Part shown: piece by piece, positions 31,918 to 42,383 of the stretch | How the letters are laid out: every line of letters starts with the position of its first letter | Numbering within the stretch: position 1 is the first letter of the stretch | Assembly: GCA_023205875.1 (NCBI GenBank) | Contig: CP060756.1 | Location: 186,001 to 250,000, forward strand | Direction of reading: 5' to 3' | DNA length: 64,000 nt | Source: Chloropicon primus | Taxonomy: Eukaryota | Notes under the pieces: model-generated | The model's database searches: none | What the model saw: only the letters and a program-made list of their open reading frames with translations | Told to the model about the DNA's origin: nothing | Position numbers and translations under genes: made by a program

Positions 31918-33183
31918 ATGGCAGAGAGGGTGGGACGAGGGAGGTGGAGGGGTCGTGGAAGGGTGGGGGTTGTGGTCCGAGGGGCGACGGTGGTGGGATC
32001 CCCCAGGGCCCTGTACGCGGAGGGGGGGAGGACGACGACGCTCGTGCGGTGGCGGGGAACGCGGAGGGAGGAGAGGTTTGGGAGGACGGGGGAGTGCGTG
32101 TCGACGACTTCGGGGAGGACGACGGCGAGGAGGGAGGAGAGGCGGACTTGGGTTGCGGTGGCGGCGGAGGGGGCGAATGGGCCTGGCGAGGAGGTACAAG
32201 GGAAGACTCCTCCCGAGCGGAGGGTGGAGGAGGAGGAGAGCTTCTTCCTCAAGTTCGTCCAGGAGGTAAAGCCTCGCATCATGGACCAATTCACCGAGCA
32301 GGCCTCCCCTCAGGTCGTGGACGCCATGAAGCAGACGATCTCGAACATGCTCGGCAACCTTCCCGCCAAGTACTTTGACGTTACGATAAAAACTGTTGGA
32401 GAGAACCTCGCCCAGCTGATGCTGAGCGTGATGATGACCGGCTACATGTTCCGGAACGCGCAGTACCGGATGGACGTGACCCACACCCTGGCGCTCCCAT
32501 CGCCGAGCAGCGAGGAGGAGGAGGAGGCGACGGCCACGGAGTACGCTGCAGGCTCTCAGCAGATAAAGGTGTCTGGCGAGGTGTTGAGGTGGCACAACGA
32601 GAAAGGAGCCGAGGCGGTGGACGCGATGGAGTACATAAAGCAGCTCGAGAAGGAGCTGAGCTTGCTACGGGAGCAAGTTTCGATGCACGAGGAGGCCAAC
32701 CTGGACCGGAACTACCTTCTGGAGTTCTTGCAGAAGCTGGAACCTTCGAACATCAAGGAGATGACGAGCGGAGCGGGGGAGGAGGTCCTCGAGGCGATGA
32801 ACGCCTTCATCAAGAGGCTGGTGGGCACGGACTATGACTCGGATGAGCTGAAGGGAATTGAGAGCAAGAGCACCTCGGTCGAGATGGCCAGGCTCTTGTA
32901 TTGGTTGCTGATCGTTGGATACAGCCTTCGCACGATAGAGGTGAAGAAGGAGCTCGAAAAGGCTGCGGATGAGGAGGAAGAGGACGAGGAGGAAGAGGAG
33001 GGGGAGGGGGAGGGTCTCCAACCGCCGATTGACGTCGAAACTTCCTTGGAGGGGCAAGGCGACGTGGTTTTCGGGGACGTTTTGGGGGACGAGAGAGACT
33101 TCATGGATCGGAGCTACGACGAAGACTGGGGGGACAACGCGGACTTCCTCGGGGAGGACGGCCAAGAGGAGCTTGGGACTTGA
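31918..33183 (+). CDS. DUF760 family plastid protein (UV-B-induced protein-like)
   Basis: Two DUF760 units: VVDAMKQTISNMLGNLP..ENLAQLMLSVMMTGYMFRNAQYR and EMARLLYWLLIVGYSLRTIE. Confidence 0.88.
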   Translation: MAERVGRGRWRGRGRVGVVVRGATVVGSPRALYAEGGRTTTLVRWRGTRREERFGRTGECVSTTSGRTTARREERRTWVAVAAEGANGPGEEVQGKTPPERRVEEEESFFLKFVQEVKPRIMDQFTEQASPQVVDAMKQTISNMLGNLPAKYFDVTIKTVGENLAQLMLSVMMTGYMFRNAQYRMDVTHTLALPSPSSEEEEEATATEYAAGSQQIKVSGEVLRWHNEKGAEAVDAMEYIKQLEKELSLLREQVSMHEEANLDRNYLLEFLQKLEPSNIKEMTSGAGEEVLEAMNAFIKRLVGTDYDSDELKGIESKSTSVEMARLLYWLLIVGYSLRTIEVKKELEKAADEEEEDEEEEEGEGEGLQPPIDVETSLEGQGDVVFGDVLGDERDFMDRSYDEDWGDNADFLGEDGQEELGT

Positions 33184-33632
33184 GTAGAATAGGACAAGAA
33201 TTGTTAGGACTAACTAGTTTTTCCATTGTATATTTTCATTGAACAAATCTTCACCAAGGCTTTTTCTCCTCATCTCACTCTTTTCTCCAACTTATCTGCT
33301 CTCGGCTCGGCTCTCTCCTCTCCCCTTTGAGACTTTTCTTTTTTGGGAAAGTTTTGAATTCTGGGTTAACGAGACAGAGAGGGAGGAGAGAAAGCCAATT
33401 CGGTGACAGAGACGGACCGAGACACCGAGAGGGTCCGTGACCGAGACGGGCTCGGCGACCATTGAATGCGTCCCTCGCCCCTTTAGTATCCTCATGTTGT
33501 TCGGCACCTCGGAGTTCGACACGACATGACTCAAAAATCTTGGTTCTGTACGACGCATTGAGAATCTTTTGGCTTCCGTTCCTTGTCCCGTAACGTGTGT
33601 GTGAGGGTGAACGCGGCTGCTTGCTTTGTGCC

Positions 33633-35885
33633 ATGGAGGACTCCACGAGGAAGACCTTGTACAGGGAGGACTCCTTGGGCGGCCAGCAGAACCGGGTCCG
33701 GCCTCGTGGCTACAGTTTCTACGACTTGATAGAGCAGGAGGAGCAAGAGGAGCAGCAACACAAACTCGCGAGAACGAGGGTGCAGCAGGTAAGTCCCCGC
33801 CTCTAGGAACAAACGCAGCCCTTGAAACCACTAGGACGATGTCGAGACACACACACGCTCTCTCTCTCTCTCCACCTTTCTCTAAGATGCTGACGCTCTC
33901 TCTCTCTCTCTCTGTGTTGTTGTTGTTGTTAGGACTTGAGGCACAAAGCTATATCCCAAGGTTTCCAATTCTTGGAGGGGGTTCAGAGCGAGGAGAGCTT
34001 GGCCTTCAGCAAGTTCGTTGCCGGTGTTGGAGACACATCAACCTCGCGAGCGGGAGACTCCGGATTGGATTTCGACAGAAACGACTCTCTCGAGACCCAG
34101 CCTTCCCTGAATTCTGCACTCACCCTCGAGTTGAACAAGTCCTTCAAGTTCAAAGGAAACCTCGTGGACGACGAGGAAGCTTCCTCTCCACATCTCTTTG
34201 AGAACTTTCAGGGCAAAGCGCCTGGCAGTGGTCGGGCACCGGCGGGTGAAGACCTTGAGGACGAAGACGGAGCGGACCAACAGGAGAATGAAGTCATCAA
34301 ATTTGAGGAGAGAGCCCCGCCCATCGCGGAAGAGGAAGCGGGGGAGTCAGACCACGTTGATGTCGTCCTCGTTGTAAACGCCACGGGGTACGTAACGGTT
34401 CACTTCGACGTGTGCCTACCGTCCTCGTCCTCTTCGGGCCAAAAGGGCCGTCAGCAGGCCACTGGTTCTGGCTCCCAAGCGGATTTTCCCGGCGCCTCGG
34501 ACGCACCGGGCGGACAGCGAAAGGCGAAGAAGAAGCGAAAGAAGAAGGTTGCTCCCAAGCAGCAGCCGGAGGAGAGGCCGTCCTGGAACGGCAGCAACAG
34601 CTCCGGGGAGCCGCCCACGAGCACGGGGAGGTTGACACCCACCAAGGCCCACAAAGTATTTGATGCTGACAAGAAGCTGTCGTACAACAAGAAGAAGGAG
34701 CTCCTGCTGGCCCACCTGAGGGCGGTGAACTCGAAGAAGAAGGAGAATGACAACCAACCGGCGAGTCCGAATCCACAGACAAAGAACCTGTGGACCAAGG
34801 CCGTAAGAAAAGCCTCGGTGGGTGCTGCGATCAACGACTCCTACCTCGCTGCCTTGGACAGCGCAAAGCGGCACAAGCAGCTGAGCACAAAGCGGTTAAC
34901 GCCCGAGTCAGGGGAGAAGAAGAGGAGCCCGAGGGCAGTCATCGACGCAAAATCGGATTACGGGAAGAGGCACGGCAGGGTTAGCCCCAAGAGCACCAGG
35001 AGGAGGAAGCCGCAAGCCAAAGAGGAGCCAGCGGAGATGGTGAGCTTGACACTGACCGAGATTATAAGCACCCCAGTGACCGCGGTTCGAGCGATCAACA
35101 GGTTTCAGTCCTTCAAGTCTTCTTCTTCCGGTAAGAAGAAAGAGGTCCGGAAGGAGTGGGGCGCGGCAGTGCCGAAGCCAAAAACCTCTGCCGCGACGCC
35201 AAGGTCCCCATCATCTGCATCGCCGCCCCCCGTGCAGATGAGCTTCAAGCTCGAGGACATCACTTCCACGGTCACCAAGGTCAAAGCGATCAACAAATTC
35301 AGGTCCTTCAAGTCCTCGTCCAGGCATTCCCCGAGGGCGGCGGCGGAGGAGCAGGAGACCCCCCCGGCGACGACGGCGGTGTCAGAGAGTCAGCAAGGCG
35401 CCTCCAAAGACATCGTGGTGGAGGGGCCTGGCGAGGACCATGGCACTGCGACGACTGGCGGCGAGCCGCTGCGCAACAAAGAGGAAGAAGAATCGCATGG
35501 CGGGGTTGCGGGCGGGGAGGGCAACAGCAGCAGGAGCCCTGGCCCGGCGGAGGAGAGGGACCACGAGCCCGAGCCCGGCGAGCCCGAATGCAGAGAGCCT
35601 GCCCAGCAAATTCCTGCGGCGGAATCGAGGTCTGGCCGTGGCACCGGAAAGGAGGCCCAAGAGATCACCCCCGCGACAAGACCAGCTGCTTCTGGTTCTG
35701 GTTCTCAGGACGATTCCATGGGCGTGCACGAAGTTGACCCCAAGATTGTAGATTATTTCATGCAGATTAACGACGAGGAGGACGCCAAGGACGGCAAGAA
35801 GTCGAAGAAGAAGTCGAAGAAGAAGAAGTCGAAGATCAAAAAACTGTTTGGCAAGATCCTGTGCCGCAGCAAGAACAAGGTGTAA
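33633..35885 (+). CDS. Uncharacterised low-complexity/disordered protein; two exons
   Basis: Exon 33633-33788, intron GTAAGT...TTAG, exon 33933-35885 in frame; Lys-rich patches and an internal repeat. Confidence 0.7.
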
Positions 35886-35992
35886 AACAAAACAAACCCC
35901 AAAGATGTTACATTCGCTATTCAAAATTATTTACGTGTTACACAAGCAGGGGGCTATCCTTCCCCGCTCTTCCCCTCCCCTTTCCTTGCCCT

Positions 35993-36658
35993 TCACCCCG
36001 TGCCGTGGCCGTCCAGGTGGAAGGCAGACCTGGATCTGCTCCCCCTGGCCTTGGCCCCGCCCCCGCTCTGGTAATACACTGTGTCGGCGGTGTGCCCCCT
36101 GGCGTAGGGGCTCCTCGACCGCCGCGTCGAACCTTTCTTGCTGAGGGTTTTGTGGGGGTTCGCCCTGACGCGGCTTATCGTTTGCGAGCGGCTCCTCGCC
36201 TTCTTCTTGGAGTTGCCCAGCTCCATGTGGGATAGGTACTGCCCTCGGAACTGCCCGTTCACGTTCAGCTCGTCCTCCTTCCCCTCGCTGCTGATCGCTT
36301 CCTTGATGTTCTTGCGGTTGACCTTGGCGTCGGGGTCCAAGTACTTGTGCGTGGGGTCCTCGGGCCTCAGGTCGATGATTACCGTGTGCTCCTCGTCCCC
36401 AAAGTCGATGGCCTCCGAGGTCATGTTCTCCACGACGGGCGGCTCCTCGTCGTAAAAGCTCTCGGACACCTCCCTCCGGTGCTCCGCGAAGCTCTCGGCG
36501 ACCCCAAGCCTGCTGGCCTCGTCCCCCGTCGTCGCGTACGCGACGAGCAGGCACAGGGCCACCACGGCGTACAGGAGGAACCTCACCTCCTTCGCCGAGA
36601 GCTTGTGGCGCTGCCTCCACCAACGCTTGAGGTCCTTGGCCAGGGACGTGGACACCAT
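35993..36658 (-). CDS. Uncharacterised single-pass (type II-like) membrane protein
   Basis: ATG at 36658; TM FLLYAVVALCLLVAYA after a basic N-terminus; minus-strand TGTAA signals at about 35908 and 35938. Confidence 0.6.
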   Translation of the reverse strand: MVSTSLAKDLKRWWRQRHKLSAKEVRFLLYAVVALCLLVAYATTGDEASRLGVAESFAEHRREVSESFYDEEPPVVENMTSEAIDFGDEEHTVIIDLRPEDPTHKYLDPDAKVNRKNIKEAISSEGKEDELNVNGQFRGQYLSHMELGNSKKKARSRSQTISRVRANPHKTLSKKGSTRRSRSPYARGHTADTVYYQSGGGAKARGSRSRSAFHLDGHGTG

Positions 36659-37058
36659 CTCTCCCGAAAGACAAAGCGAGAGCTTGGTTGGTGCCGTGCC
36701 CTGGAACCGACGGCTAAGCTCCCCCTCCCTCCACACACAGAAGTCGAAGTCCGCCCAGGGAAGGAAAGGAAACCAACTCCTTTCCTTGAGATCCCTTCCC
36801 CCCTGCGAGGGTGGTCGACATATAGGTGTACACATATCATTTCAAATGTAAACCTGTTTAAGAGGGGATTTGTACAGCAGCCGCCAACCGAGTTCTCTCG
36901 CGGCCGCCAAAGGAGTTTCGTTCCTTCTGTGGCCCCGCTTAAGATGGGATTTCTACAGAGAGGGTGGGTGAGTCTGGCAGCAAGTTTTTTGGACGAGAGA
37001 AAAGGAAAAGGAACGAGGCGGAGGTGGGGGTTGAGAACGCGAGAGAAGGAAGAGAACG

Positions 37059-37530
37059 ATGGCGCCGAAGAGAAAGGAGAAGAAGGAAGAGATCGTGAAG
37101 CTCGGACCTACCGTGAGGGAGGGAGAGCATGTGTTCGGGGTTGTGCACATCTTCGCCTCGTTCAACGATACCTTCGTCCACGTCACGGACATCTCCGGAA
37201 GGGAGACCTTGGTCCGTGTCACCGGAGGTATGAAGGTGAAGGCCGATCGTGATGAGTCGAGTCCGTACGCGGCTATGCTTGCCGCCCAGGACGTCGCGGT
37301 GAGGTGCAAGGAGCTCGGTATCACCGCGCTCCACGTCAAGCTGCGAGCGACCGGAGGAAACAAGACCAAGACCCCAGGACCAGGCGCTCAGTCTGCCCTT
37401 AGAGCCTTGGCCCGTTCTGGAATTAAGATTGGACGCATAGGTACGTTTTCGTTTTCGTTTTCGTTTTCGTCGTGTGTGTGTGTTCGTAGGCAGGTGGTGC
37501 GCACGACGACGCCTGCCTACGACGACGAGA

Positions 37531-37583
<53 letters not shown>

Positions 37584-37925
37584 GGACGACGCGCAAACAC
37601 AAGTGTGCGCGACCACGAGTTGTCTCTCCCTCGCTCGCTGCCGGCGGTGGGGGTTCGGGACGGAGGGCTTTTGGGGACGACGACGAAGACGACAACGACT
37701 GCTGCTGCTGCTGCTTTCGTCGGAGGGAAGCCCGGTGCCACCCCCGCCGTGCTGCTGCACCACCTGGAGACACCTTGACGCTGACTCTTGTGTACTACTT
37801 TTCTTTTTTTCTCTCTCGTCCTTGTGTAACCACCCCGTCGCGCGCGCGCTCCAACAGAGGATGTTACGCCAACTCCAACTGACAGCACGCGTAGAAAGTC
37901 TGGAAGACGTGGTCGCAGGTTGTGA
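37059..37925 (+). CDS. RPS14: 40S ribosomal protein S14 (uS11); two exons
   Basis: [32 protein letters not shown]. Intron 37441-37857; exon 2 encodes [22 protein letters not shown]. Confidence 0.97.
37533..37582. repeat. (GA)n microsatellite in the RPS14 intron
   Basis: About 25 GA units. Confidence 0.95.
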
Positions 37926-38076
37926 GCAACCCTGGGTTCGTATATATCCGCAAAGAAAAAAAAAGTATTCCATTCCACACCTACACCATCATTTACACCA
38001 TCCTATATTACACAAGAAAGTTGGCGGTCGATACATAACCTTTTTAGATGTAATAACACGACCGCGACCTTTTTCC

Positions 38077-38616
38077 TTACACACACAATGACCGTACGTA
38101 GAAGTAGTCGTCCTCCAGGCCCGGCACGTCGTCGTCGAACACTGTGTTGTGCAAGCTCCCCCTCCTCCTGTGCTTCCCAGCCCTCCCCTCGAGCTTTGGG
38201 CTCTCGTAGTACACCGGCTTCCCGGAGCAGAGGATGAACTTGTTGGAGTCGGTCTTGGCGGGCTCCCACCCCCGTCGGCCCATCGTCCACCGGAAGGCCG
38301 CCGGCCGCTTCCTGCTCTCCGCCTCGGCCTTGGTCGGGGAGTACGTCTCACCGTCCGAGTACTCGCACAGCTCGGGCTTCCAAGTCACCTTCCTGGCCTT
38401 CCTCCTCTTCGGGTCGACTTTGCAAGCCTGCTCGCCGGCGGGCGGGAGGTGCGGGGGGGTGGCCTTCACCCTCAGGCAGGACCGCCCGGGCGCCCGGAAC
38501 GAGGGGGACCTCTTCGCCGGGATGCGGACGGGGGCCGGTTTGTTCCGGCCCTCGATGAGTTGGGCTGCAAGTCCGGACAGGCCGAAGATCAGGATGATTC
38601 CGGCGTTCGCGACCAT
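38077..38616 (-). CDS. Uncharacterised protein with N-terminal hydrophobic segment
   Basis: MVANAGIILIFGLSGLAAQLI...; high GC3; RKVTW is a possible RVxF-type PP1 docking motif. Confidence 0.55.
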   Translation of the reverse strand: MVANAGIILIFGLSGLAAQLIEGRNKPAPVRIPAKRSPSFRAPGRSCLRVKATPPHLPPAGEQACKVDPKRRKARKVTWKPELCEYSDGETYSPTKAEAESRKRPAAFRWTMGRRGWEPAKTDSNKFILCSGKPVYYESPKLEGRAGKHRRRGSLHNTVFDDDVPGLEDDYFYVRSLCV

Positions 38617-39439
38617 CGTTCCTTCAACGACTGGGTTGTTTGTTTGTTGTTGTTGTTGTTGTTGTTCCGCTCTCTCGAGGAGCGTTGGGCCTTTCCGTCG
38701 TCGTGTGGTGCAGGCGTTCGACTCGATCGCCTCGATTCTGGCGTCCCAGCAATTCCTTCCCAGCTGTACAGGTCTCCCTCGCCAGAAGCCTTGCAATACA
38801 CAATGAATGCAAGCCCTCGATTGCAATGAGCACTCACTCCACACTCACACCCAAACGACGACAACAACAACAACAACAACAACAGAGAGATGGATGGATG
38901 GAGTCATCATGACCTCCCGTCCCCGTGGGTTGCAAACGGCTCGACCGTTACACACGACGATAAACGTTTGAACGTAACGCTTGGTTTGGTCCCATCCATC
39001 ACCTCAAGCAGGCAATCATCAAAAATCATCAAAAACGGATTTCAAGGTGTCCGCGTCCTTTGCATCGGTTACGCGCCCTCGTCGCGATCCGTTTCTCTCG
39101 CAGAAGTTCCCCTCCACTTTGGGCTTCCACTCTTCGAGTAACTTCGACCCCCGAATCGAAGCAACGAGGGCACGGTTCGCGCCCACGATCGATCGATCGA
39201 TCGATCGATCGGTTTTTGTTTTGTTGTTGCGAAAGGAGCTCTGGCAGGATGAGCGGGTGATCGATGGGACCGATCGACACGAAGGCCACGAAAAGAGAAA
39301 GCGTTTGCGTCTTCGCAACCAACGACACTTGTCGGGATCGATCGATCGAGTCCTCAGTCTTCCATGGAAACGCCTCGACGACAGCGCGACTGATCGACAG
39401 GGAGAGAAAGAGAGAGAGAGAGAAGAGAGAGAGGTGAGC

Positions 39440-40870
39440 ATGAGCGCGTCCTCGCCGGTGTCGTCCTCGGTGGTGGCGCCCTCCCTGGACTACTTTGTGG
39501 AAAAGTGCCTGAGGATCACGGACCGGGAGAAGGTGCGGGGGAGGCAGAGGCCGGCGGAGATCTCGTCCCCGCGGAGGTCCTTGGGCGACTGCCTGGGCCT
39601 GAGCTACGAGCCCAAGAGGCCCAGGAGGAGGAAGCCCATGAGCCCCGCGGCGGGCGAGCCACGATCCCCCCCCGCCTCCCCCGCCATCCTCGCGATGAAG
39701 GCGAAGATGGAGTTCATCAAGGCGTGCCACCGCGGGGACTTTGAGGCCGTCCGCGACCTCGTCACCAAGTTCGGCGTGTCCGTGCGCGCCGAGTGCATGG
39801 CCCTGCACTTCGCCTCGGACGTGGATAACGCGGAGATCGTGGAGTTCCTCCTGGGCCAGGGCGCGGACGTGGACACGAAAGATTCAAAGAGGAGGACCGC
39901 GCTGATGTACGCGGTCTACAAGGGCAACATGGGAGCGGCGCGGGCCCTGCTGCTGGGCGGCGCGGACGTGGAGCTCCAGGACGACTTTGGGTCCACTGCC
40001 CTGATGTACGCGGCCAGCGGCGGGGCGGTCGAGTGCTGCCGGGTCCTGGAGGCACACGGGGCGAACCTGGACGGGCAGAACAACGACGGGCTCTCCGCCC
40101 TGATCTACGCCATCCAGAACGGGCAGCACGGGTCTGTCCAGGTGCTCCTGGAGCTGGGGGCGAACCCGTACGTGTCGAACGCCATGGGGACCGGCGCCCT
40201 CCACTGGGCCTCCAAGAAGGGGGACGTGTCCAGCTGCAGGATGCTGCTGGACCACGGGGTCTCGGTCGACACCCTGAACGGCAAGAGGGTCACGCCCTTG
40301 ATGTACGCCGCGGACTGCATCCCGAGAGAGGGAACGAACGAGGGCGTGATCAAGTTCCTGGTCCTGAGGGGGGCGAACGTCAACGCCCTGGACGAGGACC
40401 GTAGCTCGCCTTTGATGTACGCCGCCCACTCGGGGTCCAGGGGGAACGTGCGGGCCCTCCTGCGGAGCGGGGCGGACCCCTCCTCCCAGAACGAGTTCGG
40501 CACCACCCCGATCATGTACGCCGGGTTCTACGGCCACTACGCGTGCCTCTGCGAATTTCTCAAGCACGACGCCGGCCTGAGGTCCGCGAAGGACAAGAGG
40601 GACATGAGCGTCCGCGACTGGTCCAAGCAGGCGAACCAGACTCACATCGTCGACCTCCTCGACAAAATGTCCAAGTACCCCGCCAAGTGGAATCCTGGGG
40701 CGAACGCCGAGTTCCCGCAGAGGGTGAAGGAGAACGTGAGAGCGATTCTGCTCGCCGCGAAATCCCGGGAGAACCCGCACCTCCACGCCACGCCGCAGGA
40801 CATCCTTCTCAAGGTGATCGGCCACTACTCCGAGCTCGAGCTCTGGCCCGCGCTTGCGGGAGCACAATAA
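39440..40870 (+). CDS. Ankyrin repeat protein
   Basis: About nine repeats of the form TALMYA..G....LL..GADV; ATG at 39440. Confidence 0.92.
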   Translation: MSASSPVSSSVVAPSLDYFVEKCLRITDREKVRGRQRPAEISSPRRSLGDCLGLSYEPKRPRRRKPMSPAAGEPRSPPASPAILAMKAKMEFIKACHRGDFEAVRDLVTKFGVSVRAECMALHFASDVDNAEIVEFLLGQGADVDTKDSKRRTALMYAVYKGNMGAARALLLGGADVELQDDFGSTALMYAASGGAVECCRVLEAHGANLDGQNNDGLSALIYAIQNGQHGSVQVLLELGANPYVSNAMGTGALHWASKKGDVSSCRMLLDHGVSVDTLNGKRVTPLMYAADCIPREGTNEGVIKFLVLRGANVNALDEDRSSPLMYAAHSGSRGNVRALLRSGADPSSQNEFGTTPIMYAGFYGHYACLCEFLKHDAGLRSAKDKRDMSVRDWSKQANQTHIVDLLDKMSKYPAKWNPGANAEFPQRVKENVRAILLAAKSRENPHLHATPQDILLKVIGHYSELELWPALAGAQ

Positions 40871-40988
40871 TGACTATAACTGAAGCTTTAACACGACGAG
40901 CATATTTTTTTCCCAAGGAGAGAGAGAGAGAGAAAGCGATGAATAAAACCCTATTAATCCTTGTGCTTGTTGTTTCTGCTCCGTCGGG

Positions 40989-42383
40989 CTAGCCCTGGCC
41001 CGGCCAATTCGTCGTTGCCCTGTTGTTGCTGTTGGACCCCCTCGTGTCCAGGACGTTGCTCAATTTGCACGTCGACATGTCCACGGCCTGGTACACGTAG
41101 GCCGAGCAAACGTTCCTGGACATCGCGGCCGCATCGTCGATCTTGAAGAGGGCGTCCCCATTCTCCTGAGTGCCCACAGCCCACGCCTTGACCTGGTTCG
41201 GTCCCTCCTGGAACGTCCCGCCCAGCCCCAGCCCGGCCCTCGCGCACTTGAGGTTGTCGGGAACCGCGACGGAAGACAGGGGGTCGTCCTGCTTTGAGAT
41301 CTTGGATCGGAAGATCGCGATCTGGCTGTTCGGCTGAGCCCCGTCGATCTTCAGCACGACGGGAACCGACGAGATGGTTCCGTCGGCCGCTTGGACGGAA
41401 CCGCAGCTCTCCATGGAGAGCTGGAGCACCTGGCCCGATGGCGGCGGCATCGGGTCTCCGACGCCTTGGTAGCTGGGATCGTACTGCTCCTGCAAGTAGT
41501 GCGAATCGCCGTGCCCTGGACCTGAATGTGGAGGGGTTAAGGAAGAAGGCTTCTTAGTACCAAAGACGGACTCGTAGGACGGCCTTGGGATCGTTATCTT
41601 CCCGTTCCCGAAACCGAGGCTGTGGAGCCTCTCCGAGTTCTTCGAGCCGAAAATCGGCAGCCCGTCCAGGGCAGGCTTACCTTGCTGTCCCGAGAACTGG
41701 TTGACGCTCGGGCTCCCCGCATTGGCTGCAAAGTTGCCGAGGGAACCGTCCTTGAGCCCCAGGTTCGTCGGGCTGGGGGACCAGTTGTTCACGTCCTTGC
41801 ACGTCTCCTTCAGGTAGAAGGACAGGTCGTTCAGGTTGCACGAGTCCGGGTTGTCCGCGGTCTCCATCAGCGTCTGCACCGAGACCGGGTCGTCCACGCT
41901 GCAAATGAAGTCGTGCAACCAGATGTCGTACTCCATCTGGTTGCAGTCCGGGATCGGGATGCCGAGCGAGTACCACCTGCCCTGCTTGCACCTCGGTCTG
42001 CAATTCGGGTCGAGCTTCGCCGACGGAAAGGGGAAGTTGCACGTCTCCTCGAGCCAGTGCTTGAGCCCCTTCAGAGAGCACTCGTGGGGCTTGGGAAGCA
42101 GGGCCATCAATTGGGACAGCTTGACGTCCGTCTTGCACACGTGGCCGTTGAGCCACTCCAACTCCTCCTCGTGGACGCACGAGATGACGGGTATTCCCAA
42201 CGTGTACCAGTGCCCCCTCTTGCACTGCGGGATGCACTGTCTCGCGTAACTCGTGAGGTCGTCCCGGGCTGCGTCCGCTTGGAGCAAATCCCTTCCCCTC
42301 GCGGGGAAGGACGAGAGCCTCTCCGCCGTGCAGGTCCCCGCGAAGAGCAGGAGGGCGATCAACGTCTTCCTCATCCTCATCAT
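40989..42383 (-). CDS. Secreted protein with two six-Cys repeats, a Gly/Pro/Ser linker and a Cys-containing C-terminal domain
   Basis: Signal peptide MRKTLIALLLFAGTCTA; RDLLQ motif; repeats at aa 50-115 and 128-195. Confidence 0.8.
   Translation of the reverse strand: MMRMRKTLIALLLFAGTCTAERLSSFPARGRDLLQADAARDDLTSYARQCIPQCKRGHWYTLGIPVISCVHEEELEWLNGHVCKTDVKLSQLMALLPKPHECSLKGLKHWLEETCNFPFPSAKLDPNCRPRCKQGRWYSLGIPIPDCNQMEYDIWLHDFICSVDDPVSVQTLMETADNPDSCNLNDLSFYLKETCKDVNNWSPSPTNLGLKDGSLGNFAANAGSPSVNQFSGQQGKPALDGLPIFGSKNSERLHSLGFGNGKITIPRPSYESVFGTKKPSSLTPPHSGPGHGDSHYLQEQYDPSYQGVGDPMPPPSGQVLQLSMESCGSVQAADGTISSVPVVLKIDGAQPNSQIAIFRSKISKQDDPLSSVAVPDNLKCARAGLGLGGTFQEGPNQVKAWAVGTQENGDALFKIDDAAAMSRNVCSAYVYQAVDMSTCKLSNVLDTRGSNSNNRATTNWPGQG

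Noticed and set aside
33505..33540. tRNA (GTTCGA) or spliceosomal snRNA (minus-strand ATTTTTG)
   Set aside because: No cloverleaf forms and no U1/U2/U4/U5 signature sequences flank the site.
37441..37778. RERERE-rich C-terminal extension of RPS14 in the ORF track
   Set aside because: It is read-through into the intron; the conserved C-terminus is encoded at 37858-37925.
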